64,000 bases of DNA from Podarcis erhardii (taxonomy: Eukaryota), in NCBI GenBank assembly GCA_964252035.1, contig OZ176205.1; one strand, written 5' to 3'. This document shows, one piece after another, positions 10,395-23,169 of this stretch. The position numbers and the translations under genes are program-made. The first letter of the stretch is position 1; every line of letters begins with the position of its first letter. The notes below the pieces were generated by a model. It searched no databases, was not told the origin of the DNA, and saw only the letters and a list, made by a program, of their open reading frames with translations.

Positions 10395-11866
10395 TTTGAT
10401 TGGTTTTCAATCCCCACCTCAGCTCCTGGGCATCCGGAAATCAGCACCAGAGTTGGGATACTTCCAAAACTGAGTGGAAGGTGGTATTTGGTGGAAATGG
10501 GAATCAGCAGGGGGGAAAGGAGAAAAAAGAATCAGTTCCTCTTCGATTCGGGTATATTTGCATGGTATCAAAAGTCCTTCTGGGGCATGAGTGTACCACT
10601 TGGATTCCACTGAGAGTCAGAAGAAGCCTGGATAATCCAAAGTGTTCTTTTCTAGCCATGTATCTAAATATTTACCTAGGTTGCTGGCCTTGTGAAATAC
10701 ATCATCGGGTAAAAAAAAATCACACTGAAGTGAAATCTCTTGTTTTTCACCAAGCAACACAACACAATATCCCAACAGGAGAATGGCAACACTTTCCAAC
10801 TTTTTTCAAGGAAGCCTAAAGGGGATTTGTCTGCCAGAGTTTAGGCTTCTATTTATTAGTTTTCTGTACGTCAACCAAGGGAAAGAAAATAAACTATTAA
10901 CATGTGTGCTGAGAACAAGGTCCGTCCTTTCGATGTAATAAATAATTATGACTTTTTCTAAGAGGTCAGAGAAATTTAGTCAAAAAGGGCACCACCAGAC
11001 TTTCTCTTGCTTGTAATTATGTGAACGGGCAATTTTTCATTTTAATACGGCACTGTCGGGCCATTGTTTCTCAGAAACACATATGCACATGTCATAAAAG
11101 AGCAATCCTTCACAATGCAAAGCTATTCCATTAAATATTAACACATTTACTTACAGAGATATATCCAGGTCCCATTCAAATGAATTCAGATCTCCTCCTG
11201 GAATTAGAACTGATGTCCTGTTACTGTGCCAAATGGTAATTATCTGTAAGATGCAGCATAGATAAACATTCATGCTTTTCTGGCATGAGACCTACTCCCC
11301 TCACCTGCACACACCTTAAGGGCTAGATGTACCGGTATAACTTTTCACCCCCTTGTGGCTAAACAAGGTTGGTAGATCTGTTGCCAGAAAACACCATGTG
11401 TGATTTATTCCTACTGTACATCAAGGTAACAATGCTACATGCGGGTTATTTAGATGCTGAAGAATTTACTCAGTGGGATCTTCACAACCACATTCTGTGG
11501 ATTGCAACAAAGATCGATTGCAGAAGAGGGCCTGATACCCAGAATACACTTTCCAACTGCTCACATAGGAAGCAGATGACTGTTTAAAAACAACCCAAAG
11601 GATCCCTACCACCAGGGATTATAGGCTAGAAGAATTTGAAGCAAGGTTTCTTGCCTTTCTTTCCCTCCCAAGAAGCATTAAACCCAGCAAACTCACAGCA
11701 ATAGTCCCCATGATGCCACTGCTGGGAGCGCGGTGGTGTGACACCAGCCCACCTTACAGACTGATCCCAGATCTGTCTCGATGTAAGGCAATTTCTCTCT
11801 GATACACAAGCATTGATGTTGTTGACTAAAATGGATACAGCAGTATTTATGTATCTGTTAAGGACA

Positions 11867-12120
11867 TAAGAAGTGCCTGCTGGATTAGGCCAATGGCCCA
11901 TCTAGTCCAGCATCCTGTACTCAGAGTGGCCAATCAGATGCTGATGGGAAGCCTGCTAGCAAGACATAAGCTTCTCCTCCTATGATTTCAAGCATCTGGT
12001 ATTCAAACTGTGGAGACAGAACATAGGTACCAGCCACTATGATTGTTGATAGCTTTAGCCAGCATGGATTTGTCTGGTCCTCTTTGGAAGTTATCCCCAG
12101 TTGGTGGCCATCACTGTTCT
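11867..12120 (+). mobile_element. CR1-type 3' end repeat, degraded (approximate limits)
   Basis: ACATAAGAAGTGCCTGCTGGATTAGGCCAATGGCCCATCTAGTCCAGCATCCTG... is a typical squamate CR1 3' motif. Confidence 0.5.
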
Positions 12121-13971
12121 TGATGATGACGACGTTAATGATGCATCTCCAAAAATGGCTGGCAAAGACCTCAGTCTGAAAGCCTGGAAAGTAGCTGTCA
12201 GTGTAGAGTGTGGGCAGTGCTGACCTACATGGACCAACAATCTGATCTGGTATAATTCTTCTTCCTGCATTACCAGTTATTCTATGCTAGAAGTATCCAA
12301 TGTATTTTGACATGTATAAAGTTCACAATTACAATAGCAGTTCTCTCAAGTTTCCCTCACTGTGAGGTATACATACCTTTGGAAAAGCCTTTAGTGGGCC
12401 TCCAAATCTTGAAGAGATGTGACCAGGCAAGACCCTGAAGGGAAGCAGAAAAGACTGAAATCAGGAATCCCCACAATAGGAGGTGATGAAGCCATGTGTC
12501 AGTCATTTGAATGTTACAGCTATCTATCACTTGAATCTATGAAATATCACCTGCCAGGCATACAGCATGACCTTGCTTTCCATTACACCGAATAGCATTT
12601 CACTTTGCATTTGAAATGAAAAGCACTTACACCCGAGTAAAAATTTGTAAATGAATGGCAATATCTCACGCAGCTGCCAGTGGAACTGCACCTGGGTAAT
12701 ACACTTAAAATTGAGAGGAGGAAGAAGCAAAAACTTTGAAGGAAAAGCAAGACGCCGAACATCAGAACAGGGACCTTTTTAAAATGAATATGTTGTAAAT
12801 AATCAACCCCATCCAGACTTGTGCTTGATATAAAACAAATTCAATTTCAGTACCTTGGTGGCATTTAATAAACCACTTTACTTTATTCTCCTGCTTTATG
12901 GGATCACCAGGATTCCTCCATGGAATTGCAAACCCTTTCAACTGCAAGGGGAAAAAATCATTAAGACAGTTTTTCAATATTTTGTTATTGTTTGACCTAC
13001 AGATTAATATGCCTCTCCAGAATTTACATCTCCCCAATTGTCTTAGAACAAATTACTGCACAATAAATGTTGTCAAAGTAGAAATAGCTCATGCCTTTTC
13101 CCCCCCTTTTTTGTCACTTGCAATATAGTTATGACTGACTCGCCTCAGCAGAAATGAAAGATAAAAAATAAAAAGTTTGCAGAGTTTGGGGACGGCAATG
13201 AAGTTGAATGTCAGATGGTGTTTTCTCATTCTGCTGTCGAAGAGTGATGCATCCGTCTTTTTAATAGCAAACTCACCTCATGAGTGTCACCAGGATTGTA
13301 GCCCAAAGCAGCCACTGATAACCAAGACAGCATGCTTGGGAGAACCTCAGTGTTTGCAGCAATAATAAAAAATAACAACAATAACAATAACAACCACCCA
13401 AGAGGCAACCACAAAAAACAACAACCCATTGAGTACCAAACATGCAGACTGGTCACAGCCTGCTGACTTCCTGCTGTAGAGAGAAATGAACATGCTGAAG
13501 GGCATGTGTGATGGACTGTTGTGGAAGAGAACAACTGGTTTAGCCATTCTGTCTGCCAGTATCTCTTGTGGCACCTGCAAAAGGTCTTAAGAAATATCCT
13601 TTTAGAAGAGCACAATGTGCAAGAGATGGTGTGCTCAGTTCCTGTTTGCACTAGTTTCATCTGTCCTTCATTGAACACACCTCTTTGAATAGACCCACAG
13701 TTCCTTGATTTCCAGGATCTGACACCCTCCTTCCCATCCTTTCTGAACAGAGGAGAGGTGCAAAGAGCTTCTCTCTGTGAGGAATCATGGTGGTGACTGA
13801 TGTATTTGTCTCTCCCCTCCCCATTAATGGGGTGGAGATGATTGAGGAAATATTTTTTTCTTTCAGTCCTTTCAGATGTGGTTGCCATTTTGTGTCACTT
13901 CCCACCCCCCTGTTCTGCCACAGTTATTATGTGAAGGGCACCCACAGTACTTTCTCAAAATTCCATATGTG

Positions 13972-14354
13972 CAGTGCCAGATTTACGTATAAGCTAAACA
14001 AGCTATACCTTAGGGCCCCCCAAAAAATTAAAGGGGGAAAAACTGGATGTACATTTCAAAATATAAGATAAAAAACAAATAAAATAAAACCTACATACAG
14101 TTAGAGCTTAATAATTATCTCAGTATTAATATACTTCTTCTTAATTGTATTTCAATTCAACAATTACTTTAATAAAATACATATTTTGTTATGTGCAAAT
14201 GGCTTTAGATACCTATTAGGACCATAAATTACCATATAGCATATATTCAACACAAAAAAGTGACAATTTGTTGTTGACAAAGGACAGCAAGACATATAAA
14301 GGGCCCCATTACCTTCAGCAACTTAGGGCCTCATCAAACCTAAATCCAGCCCTG
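13972..14354. mobile_element. Non-autonomous hAT MITE with 8-bp TSD
   Basis: Imperfect TIRs CAGTGCCAGATTTA ... TAAATCCAGCCCTG, flanked by CATATGTG at 13964-13971 and 14355-14362. Related copies lie at 20210 and 44302. Confidence 0.85.
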
Positions 14355-14397
14355 CATATGTGACCCCTGTTGTACTATTTGCTTCAACTATGAACAG

Positions 14398-14574
14398 ATC
14401 CACACCATACATTTAAAGCACAACTAATGCACATTTTAAGCATATGACTTTCACCAAAGAATTCTGGGAAATGTAGTTTGTGAAGTATGTTGGAAATTGG
14501 AGCTCAGTTGGGAGGAGCTATAGTTCCCGGAATTCTTTGGGGCAAGTCATATGCTTTACATGTGTGACATGGAT
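14398..14574. mobile_element. Palindromic (fold-back) MITE-like element
   Basis: Arm GCATATGACTTTCACCAAAGAATTCTGGGAA (14440-14470) is nearly the reverse complement of TTCCCGGAATTCTTTGGGGCAAGTCATATGC (14524-14554). Weaker outer arms ATCCAC..ACATTTAAAGCA / TGCTTTACATGT..ATGGAT are also present. Confidence 0.7.
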
Positions 14575-16725
14575 TGCATTGACTGCCCTGAATCATATTT
14601 GACATAGTCAAGCTCATTGCAAAGGAGACAATAGCTTTGATGAACATTTGGATTGTTGTGATGCTGACAGTTGCTACTTCTTCAACTCATTCATCTTCTG
14701 CCTCCCATGTCCTCTTTTACCATCATTGCCATGGACCACATTTGCCATCACTGCCATTTAATCACATTAAGCCATGGCAACTCACGTGATGGTATGGCTT
14801 TCAGAGGCACTATCAGCAAAATCACATTGCAAATTAAAGATTAAGCAGCATTGACAACAAATGAGCCTCAGAACAATGGAGGGAAGAAAGAGGAGAAGTA
14901 AAGAAAAAAGAAAAAAAGACATTGAGAAGTAGCAGCAGCCAAGGGAACGAATGAGCACCGAACAGCATTGAATTAACTTGAACATGCTCACCAGAAATAT
15001 CAAAATGAGAGATGCTTTTTGACACTCCAGAAAATGAGCAAAAACGCTAAAAAAGTAGTTGCAGCCCATTGAGATTCTGCTGAGCTCGAGATGGCAGAAT
15101 AAGACAATTCTCATTCATAGCTGTTTGGTTTGAAAAGAAGAAAATTTGTGGCGCATTCAACTTTTTGCAGGGTACTCACGTAAGGAGAGTGGCTGTGCTA
15201 TAATGACATGATCACTTTGCATGAGAGAGAACGAGCCACACACCTGGTGTTTTGCTTTTTTATGCTCTTCCTCCCAAGTAGATAAGCCACTGAGCAATTT
15301 AGAAAGCAGTTTGTTGCCTCGAGGACAGAAACTGCTCCTGCCCAAACAACAAACACAGCTCTAGTTGTCACATGCTTCTTCTTCTCATTGTTCCTGACCA
15401 TTGGCCCTGCTGTCTGGGGCTGATGGAACTTGTAGTCCAATAGCTTCCACACCCATGAGCTATAGCAAATGGTGCAAATATGTGTGCACTCACTCAACTG
15501 AGTGAAAATTTACTGTATTTCAAATGCTGCTTAATATCGGCTGAAAAACACTTATAGGGAGGTATTGGTCTCATGGCCCCGGTGTGGAATCCTGCACAAG
15601 TTCTGAGGTGCTCTCAAAACTCTTGCATGAGTAAGCTTCCCCATGGGATGGCAAACGAAGTGTTGTTAATGTGAAGCTTGCCTGGACATAACTGCCCCCT
15701 TTCCTGAGGCGTATTTCATATGTATGGAGAGCTGAAAAAATTCTGGAAGCTTTGCCAGATGTGTATCTCAGACTAACCTTTCATGGTTCATACATTGCAA
15801 AGATGCACCTCACACCTGCAGCCACATTCCCACATATGGGATTCTCACATATGAGATTTGATCAGTAACCTTGAAAATGAGCATTTTGCAGCCTAGTATA
15901 AAAAAATTGCCCTTGATGTCGAAATATGTTCTGGTCCCATTCCCATATTATCCGAGCGTGTTCTGAGGGTTTGACAAATGATCACACAACAGGAAGTGCA
16001 TGGCATCCCAGAGGGCATTTAAAGAAAAAAATGGTGTGGCGCGGATGTGAGGAAATGGTGCCAATCACCATATCACACATAAAAAATTAATAGGCTGATG
16101 ACATGCAACCAAAGTTCCCCCACAATAATCATAGCTGCAATTAATTTGCCATCTGGGTGAAGAATCTCACTTTAGCAGCTAAAAAAGATTACCGTCTGAG
16201 TGCTTCAGAAATCTGGTGTCTCTGCAACAGAAGTGCAGCCTTGAGGAAAAACACGAGGACTGTATGGAACAAACAAGACACAAATGCACACTTCTTCTGC
16301 AATAAACTGCCCATATGGAGTGTCCCTTTGGGTGTATCTATACTGCAGACTTTAAGTTGATTTAACCATTATTGCTTCTTTCCTGGGGAGCCAGGGAATA
16401 TTAGTTCTATGAAGTGGAAGCTAAGGATTTCTAAGAGACAATGCTCAACCCTTCACCAAAAAAAAGCTACAGGTTCCATTATTCTCTTTTGGTGAGGGTG
16501 GGGGAGAAGTATGACAGTTAGACTGATGTAAGCTGCTGCTAGAGCTACCCTATGACAGCCATGGAAGAAAAGCTAGAATGATCAAGACTGATACACAAAG
16601 GAAGCAACAGGAAGCTGGAACAGAATTATTTATTTACTCGTATCCCATCTGTCATTGTAAGATCCCAGGATAGGTCCCTAACAACATTACAATCAAACAA
16701 AGCCAATGAAATAAAACATATCCAG

Positions 16726-16726
<1 letters not shown>

Positions 16727-16770
<44 letters not shown>
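16727..16770. repeat. (AAT)n microsatellite
   Basis: Uninterrupted ATAATAATA run. Confidence 0.9.
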
Positions 16771-16771
<1 letters not shown>

Positions 16772-17000
16772 CCAGTTAAGAATAGATGACACAATCAGCA
16801 TACATACGTACCAGCAAAATCCAATCATACCCATTGCATCAGCTGTTTTCTGGATTCAAACAAGGCAACAAAGCACACCAGATCTGTTCTTAAAATAAAC
16901 AGGCTCTTCTAAGGATGAAGTAATAAAGAACAAAGCAGAAGAGCTTATGTACCTTCCAGTCAGGAACTTCTCTGAATGGTAGCAGACATGGCCCCTAGAG

Positions 17001-17252
17001 AGCCAGTGTGGTGTAGTGGTTAAGAGCGGTAGTCTCGTAATCTGGGTAACCGGGTTCGCGTCTCCGCTCCTCCACATGCAGCTGCTGGGTGACCTTGGGC
17101 CAGTCACACTTCTTTGAAGTCTCTCAGCCCCACTCACCTCACAGAGTGTTTGTTGTGGGGGAGGAAGGGAAAGGAGAATGTTAGCCGCTTTGAGACTCCT
17201 TAAAGGGAGTGAAAGGCGGGATATCAAATCCAAACTCTTCTTCTTCTTCTTC
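17001..17252 (+). mobile_element. Squam3-like SINE, young copy
   Basis: Nearly identical to 8785-9034; ends in (CTT)n. Confidence 0.85.
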
Positions 17253-17434
17253 TAGCAGCCAGTATGCCTCACCTTGCCAGCTCCAGGTCTGCATCCAACT
17301 TACAGAGGTGTTGTTGGGACTTAAAAACTCTTGAGGTTAAATAAATCACAATTGGGTTACTTGTGAATGGCTTTGACAATGTTAATACATTCTTGAAAGA
17401 CTGAAAGAGTCTTAGCATATGGCAAGCAGCCAGC

Positions 17435-18341
17435 ATATATAAAGGAAGCTAGCAGATGCTCCTCCTACCAGGTACTATTGTGTGACCCTGATAAGACTTA
17501 TTTAGATGCTAACATCAGTGTGTACCACTTAAAGGTGCCAGGACCCACAGGATATCCAGGAATTTAAGGGACATTGTTCTATGCCATCTAAAACTCCCCA
17601 AAATCTCTATGGTCCTCCCCCTTTTGCCAATACAGATAGCTGGCGGAGAAGAAAACACACACACACACAGCCACTCACTTCTACCTAACAAATCTTGTCA
17701 GAGGCAATGCCAACTTTATAATATAGGGATGAGGATCTGTAGCTTTCTAGCTTTCTAGATCACCATTTATGACCATTGGTCATGTTGACTTCAGTTGATG
17801 GGAGGCAGGAGGAGCCAGCAGGAAGGAGTTGTTCCACTAATGTTGCCTTCCTGCAGCACTGCCACTGCTCTGTGTACCAGGATAGTGAGGGGGGCAGGAC
17901 AACAGTGAGGTCAGGGTAGTTTGGGTACAAAAGCTGAGGTTTTCTCATCCCTGCTACAGGAGAAATAGCCACCTGTTAGCAGCACATTGAATGCTAGAGG
18001 AAGTGATTTCAGCCTGAAGTAGAAACCCATGTGTTAAAAAAGGATAACCTTGTTTCCTTTGATTATCAAGTATGGTGATTTGGACATTAGCTTCCTAAAC
18101 CTGATGACTGATCAATATATAAAGGAAGCTAGCAGATGCTCCTCCTACCAGGTGCTATTGTGTGACCCTGATAAGACTTATTTAGATGCTAACATTATCA
18201 GAGGGTACCATCTCAGTGTGTAGCTAACTGTGAAAGAATAGTCTATTTCACAGAAAAGCTAGATATAAACAGAAATTACCACTTAAAGGTGCCAGGACCC
18301 ACAGGATATCCAGGAATTTAAGGGACATTGTTCTATGCCAT
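17435..18341 (+). repeat. Local direct duplication: 17435-17587 versus 18115-18341
   Basis: The 153 shared bases differ by one substitution. The second copy has 18-bp and 56-bp segments missing from the first. Confidence 0.9.
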
Positions 18342-18443
18342 AGCATGGTGCCGCAGGCTATAATAGGATTTTGTCAGGACACCCACCAAAAATAAATAAA
18401 TCAAGAAACATTGTACAGGGATAAGGTTATATTTATCCAAATA

Positions 18444-18681
18444 CAGTGGTACCTCGGATTACATACACTTTAGGTTACATACACTTCAGGTTACAGACTC
18501 TGCTAACCCAGAAATAGTACCTCGGGTTAAGAACTTTGCTTCAGGATGAGAATAGAAATTGTGCTTCTGTGGCACGGCAGCAGCTAAAGTGATGCATTAG
18601 CTAAAGTGGTGCTTCAGGATAAGAACAGTTTCAGGTTAAGAACCGACCTCCGCAACGAATTAAGTACTTAACCCGAGGTAC
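18444..18681. mobile_element. Tc1/mariner (Tigger-like) MITE
   Basis: TA|CAGTGGTACCTCGG...TTAACCCGAGGTAC with the right terminus eroded. The internal sequence is shared with 46331-46536. Confidence 0.8.
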
Positions 18682-20209
18682 AACACAGAGGATCTGCAAA
18701 ATAATTCCAATAATTAAACCAAATAAAATTATAGTCTGGGTAGAAAATTCCCTATAGACGATGAAGAAAATCCTTCCTCCACCCCTGGGCATGTCTACAG
18801 ACCCGTCTTGAAGCCTCAAAGCAAAGGATTAGAAGAAAGCTCTCTCCTTGCCTCAAGAACCTTGGATATATGAACTCAACAAGTATGACATGGCCCTGTG
18901 GAATTCACCCTGTTGTGTGTTCCAAGCATGGAGGCCCCCAACCCAGGATGGCACTGGGAAACCAAAAGAGTGTCCTTAACCCAATAATGCCTCAGATTTT
19001 ACAAACTTATATTACATTTTACTATTAATGTCTGGACCAATTAAACCAATAAAAAACACCACTCCAACAGTATGGAGTAGGTGGGAAAAGTGGGTCTCAA
19101 AGGCCCTCCCCTAAAAGTCCTACTCAATCATTTAAACAGTCATCTAGAAAAACCCATGATGCAAAGGGAGGGTTTGAGGAGATGTCTGATTAAATAGCTT
19201 GCTGCCTCTCCATAGCAGATTGGCTCCACTCCTCACATCAATATTCTCCATCTCCTCCCCAGGGCTAAACCACTCTGTGTCTTCCTTGGAGGGGAGTTGG
19301 GGAACAGCAAAATTTTCCCTCATCAAATAGTGGCAGTTGCATTGCATAGGTTCAGATAAAATGCTCCCCCATGCTCATGTTTTGTTTGACAGCCTAGAGT
19401 AGAAGCTATTAGGGAACGGAGTGATAAGCAAAGTTTACTTTTATGGACTCAGAAAACTGTTGCTGCATCAGTGGGTGGCATAAGGCATGTGTTGAGTTCT
19501 CCATATCTCGTTTGTGTTAAACGTTGATATATGGCACCAATAAGCAGAAACACTGAAAAAAATAAGACAGAGGAGAGGAGGAAAGAACCCAAGGAAACAA
19601 AACATGTATGGATACACAGCAGTCATTTAACTACATGTGTTTAATGATCATCAGGATTTATTGCAGACTGCTTACTGCTACAGTCATGCTTGTGGGATGA
19701 ATTATTTTTGCAAAATAAAACAAGCTGTGGGGAAATTTTCTGAAACTGTTAACAGTAACAATAAAATAAGTAAAATTAAAAGATGAACCTTGATATATTA
19801 TTTAGGTTGACAGTCCATATGCAGCTATCTCTTATGCTGGGTATTGCTCAATTAAAATGCAATTACAAGCCCAGCATTTGCTCCATAATTCCTGACTGTT
19901 CACAGAATCTCACAGTGTATATAATACCAGAAGTTTATTCTTTTTAAACTAGAGCAGTGTGCTTCTTGGAAGACAATATGCATACATTGTAATGGAAATT
20001 CTACGAATAAGAAAAACAAGTACCCTTTTTAAAGAGCTGAGATAGCAATGCATTCCTCTTTCCAAAAGTATATAAATTCATTTGTAAGTAAAAACTTCTG
20101 CCTTAGCTTCTGTGTCACTCTTTCCCCTCATACACACCATGTGCCATCCCAGAATATGCTCTGAAGGGTTGGGGGAATCCCCGGAACATATTTGGGGGTG
20201 GGCGATGCA

Positions 20210-20664
20210 CAGGGCCCGATTTAGGTTTGATGAGGCCCTAAGCTACTGAAGGTAATGGGGCCCTTTATATGTCCAGCTGTCCTTTGTCAACAACAAATTG
20301 TTGCTATTTTTTGTGTTGAATATATGCTATATGGTAATTTATGGACCTAATAGGTATCTAAAGCCATTTGCACTTGTTGCCACGCAACCGGTCCATGCAG
20401 AATGTAGGCACCCTATATATAGAAATGAGCAAACCAGTGATATTTTAGGGAGCAGGCTAGCAGGCAGGGCCCAGTACTTATATCATAGGAGCCTACACAA
20501 CACAAAACACTGTTGCTGTATGTAGGTTTTATTTTATTTGTTTTTTATCTTATATTTTGGCAATGTACATCCAGGTTGTTTTTTCCTTTAATTTTTTTGG
20601 GGGCCCCCAAGAGAGTGGGGCCCTAAGCTATAGCTTGTTTAGCTTATATGTAAATCTGGCACTC
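20210..20664. mobile_element. hAT MITE, same family as 13972-14354, opposite orientation
   Basis: CAGGGCCCGATTTAGGTTTGATGAGG ... TAAATCTGGCACTC; the internal sequence is the reverse complement of the 14-kb copy plus an extra internal block. Confidence 0.8.
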
Positions 20665-21525
20665 TGGGTGCAAAGTACCAGTATATTCAATTGTGCAAGG
20701 AGAAATCCTTGTGCCGACAACATTCTCCTTACATTACATTGAATGCAACTCTTTATGCCCAAATAGGGTTAATATCATAACCATCTCTCACCACTGGAAA
20801 ACATACAAGCTAGAAAAATGTCATCGCATTAAAAGAGCACAGTGAGGTTTGGGGTTTTTTTGAAACAAAAACTTAATGAAAGGCACATCTCAGCAGCACA
20901 GTTGCATTTTTTAAAACGTATATGCCCCCAGGCAGATAAGTTTAAATGATGTTTTCCCATTCAACAAATAATTCTGGGAAACAACCAGGGGCGAGGTGGC
21001 AGCAGGGGGGACGACAACGACTACTACTTTTGTCTCTAAATGTTAACCTATTTAATCCAGTTAGCTTTAATTTGTTTTCTCTCTGAAATGTTGATAGTCT
21101 ATAACTCTCACCCAAGAGATTCTGCATTCCTAATTTTACATTGATAGGTCTAGTGATGTCCAAAATATTCACTCCAGGCAAATTGTGTGGATTTGTGAAA
21201 AATTCTATCTAAACAACTTGGATAGTAGGTAATTTTATTTATTTTCTGTCATGTTTTAATATGAGGTGGATGTGTTCTCCCTTCTTTTTTCTTTGTCACC
21301 CCCCTCCACACCCCCTCAAAAATACTTTGCTTTTTAAGTAACACTCATGGCTGCATTGTATTTCTGAAAAAGTTTGTCAGTGAGAACAATGCTGTGTCAG
21401 GACATAAATTAATTCTCAGGATAATCTTGGGTTCAAAAGTTTTCTACTCCCATTGTAGCCAAATACCACCCCACTCCCAGAATGTCACCCAATTGTCCTG
21501 TGAAGTAGGGGATATTCAGCATTCA

Positions 21526-21856
21526 TTGCTGACCGGAAGGTCAGTGGTTTGAATCCCCAGGATGGGATTAGCTCCCATTGCTCTGTCCCAGCTCCTGCCA
21601 ACCTAGCAGTTCGAAAGCATGCCAGTACATGTAGATAAATAGGTACTGCTGTGGCAGAAAGATAAATGGCATTTCCATGTGCTCCAGTTTCTGTCACGAT
21701 GTTCGATTGTGCCAGAAGTGGTTTAGTCATTCTGGTCACATGACTCGGAAAGCTGTCTGTGGACAAATGCAGGTTCCCTCGGCCTGAAAGCGAGATGAGC
21801 ACCACAACCTTTGACTGGACTTAACCATCCAGGGGTCCTTTACCTTTTTACCTTTA
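21526..21856 (+). mobile_element. Sauria SINE (Squam1), diverged with eroded 5' end
   Basis: CTCCTGCCAACCTAGCAGTTCGAAAGCATG core and AGGGGTCCTTTACCTTT tail. Confidence 0.8.
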
Positions 21857-23169
21857 CATACAAAACAGATTTGTGGTGGTCACAAAGAATGCCCACATTT
21901 TTATTTATTTAGTCTCATGACACCATAGCAAAGCTTACATCAGGCATAAGTCTGGATATGTTTAAAATACAAGTGGGGGAAAAATAGGAAAATAAGGTGA
22001 CTAACTGGTGAAAGAGGTAATATAGGCTCCTGAACCAAACATTCCTTAGTGAAAATAGGAAAATTTGGGTATCTAGGAAATAATGGGCCCACATATTTGG
22101 GGCTGCTTAGCCTGTTGCAGCGACAGAACTCTTCCAGTGATGGCCACTGTTTTCTTTCTAGAAGCTTCCTCAAAATGACACTGCTGTAGCATCATTCCCT
22201 TGGATATTTTCACAAAATACAGAATGATCACCTGTAGATGGCAGCCAAGAGGTGGCAGCAGGACAAAAAGAAGAACGAACTGTTGTCACCAGTTAAGTAT
22301 CCTGGAAACTTAGGGAAAATTCCTTTCACCTGTGCTCTCCCCTCCTCCCCTTCAACATTGCTCAGTTGCCTCTTTCCAGATGCAAAGGAGGTAGTGGATC
22401 TGGACAAAAGACACATTCTTGCCAGCATTAATTCATTTTGCTGGATGGAGAAAATCTACTCAGGATCTGCTTCTTGTATTGTTATGGATGGGGCTCTGGG
22501 CAGCCATCTTTCTCAGTAGGAGCTCTTTTTGTGTACAGGAGCCTGGAATGACAGAAGACAAGAAAGTGTGAGACAGTTATTGCTCTTATTTACAAATACA
22601 CTGCATATACAGACACGCACCGTAAGGTTATGGGTGCAGAGTGTTCTTGCACTGCTCCAAATAATAAGTGGCTTAGTCCTGTTGAACCTAGATAGTACTT
22701 GCTGGCCAGACTCAAGTCTTCTTCACGGGTTCTATTCACGTATGAAGTGAACACATGACAGGGAGAATAGGAACAAGCATGCTAGACACATCTCTCCTTG
22801 CTGTCCTGTCACCTTCTCTGAGCTGGAGGACAAACTGAAGTGGGTTTCCTTGAAAGGTGGAACCCTGGTCTTCCAGGTTTCAATCAGGGAAACCCCATGA
22901 GTACAGGAGTCTCCCCACTTCAGAGGTTTGCCTCCAACTGCTGGAAGATCATGAGGATGGCACCGGAGCAGCTGCAAGGCCACTGGACCAACTTCCAGAG
23001 ATTTCTGGGAATTTCCAAGGCTAAGTGGAACAGAGGAAATCACTCCATTGGCCCATCTAGCTCCCTGTTGTCTAGATTGGCAGCAGCTCTCCAGGGCATC
23101 AGACTGAAGGACTGCACTTCCAGATATAGAACTGGGAATTATCTGTATACAAAACAGATGTTCTGCCTT

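Noticed and set aside
9953-10447. 164-aa ORF as a novel fusion protein
   Set aside because: The frame only reads by chance through flank, TSD and antisense 7SK into the L1 ORF2 tail; nothing suggests expression.
13226-13888. 220-aa minus-strand ORF with nearby splice-like sites
   Set aside because: It passes through simple-repeat sequence, and no frame gave a recognisable protein.
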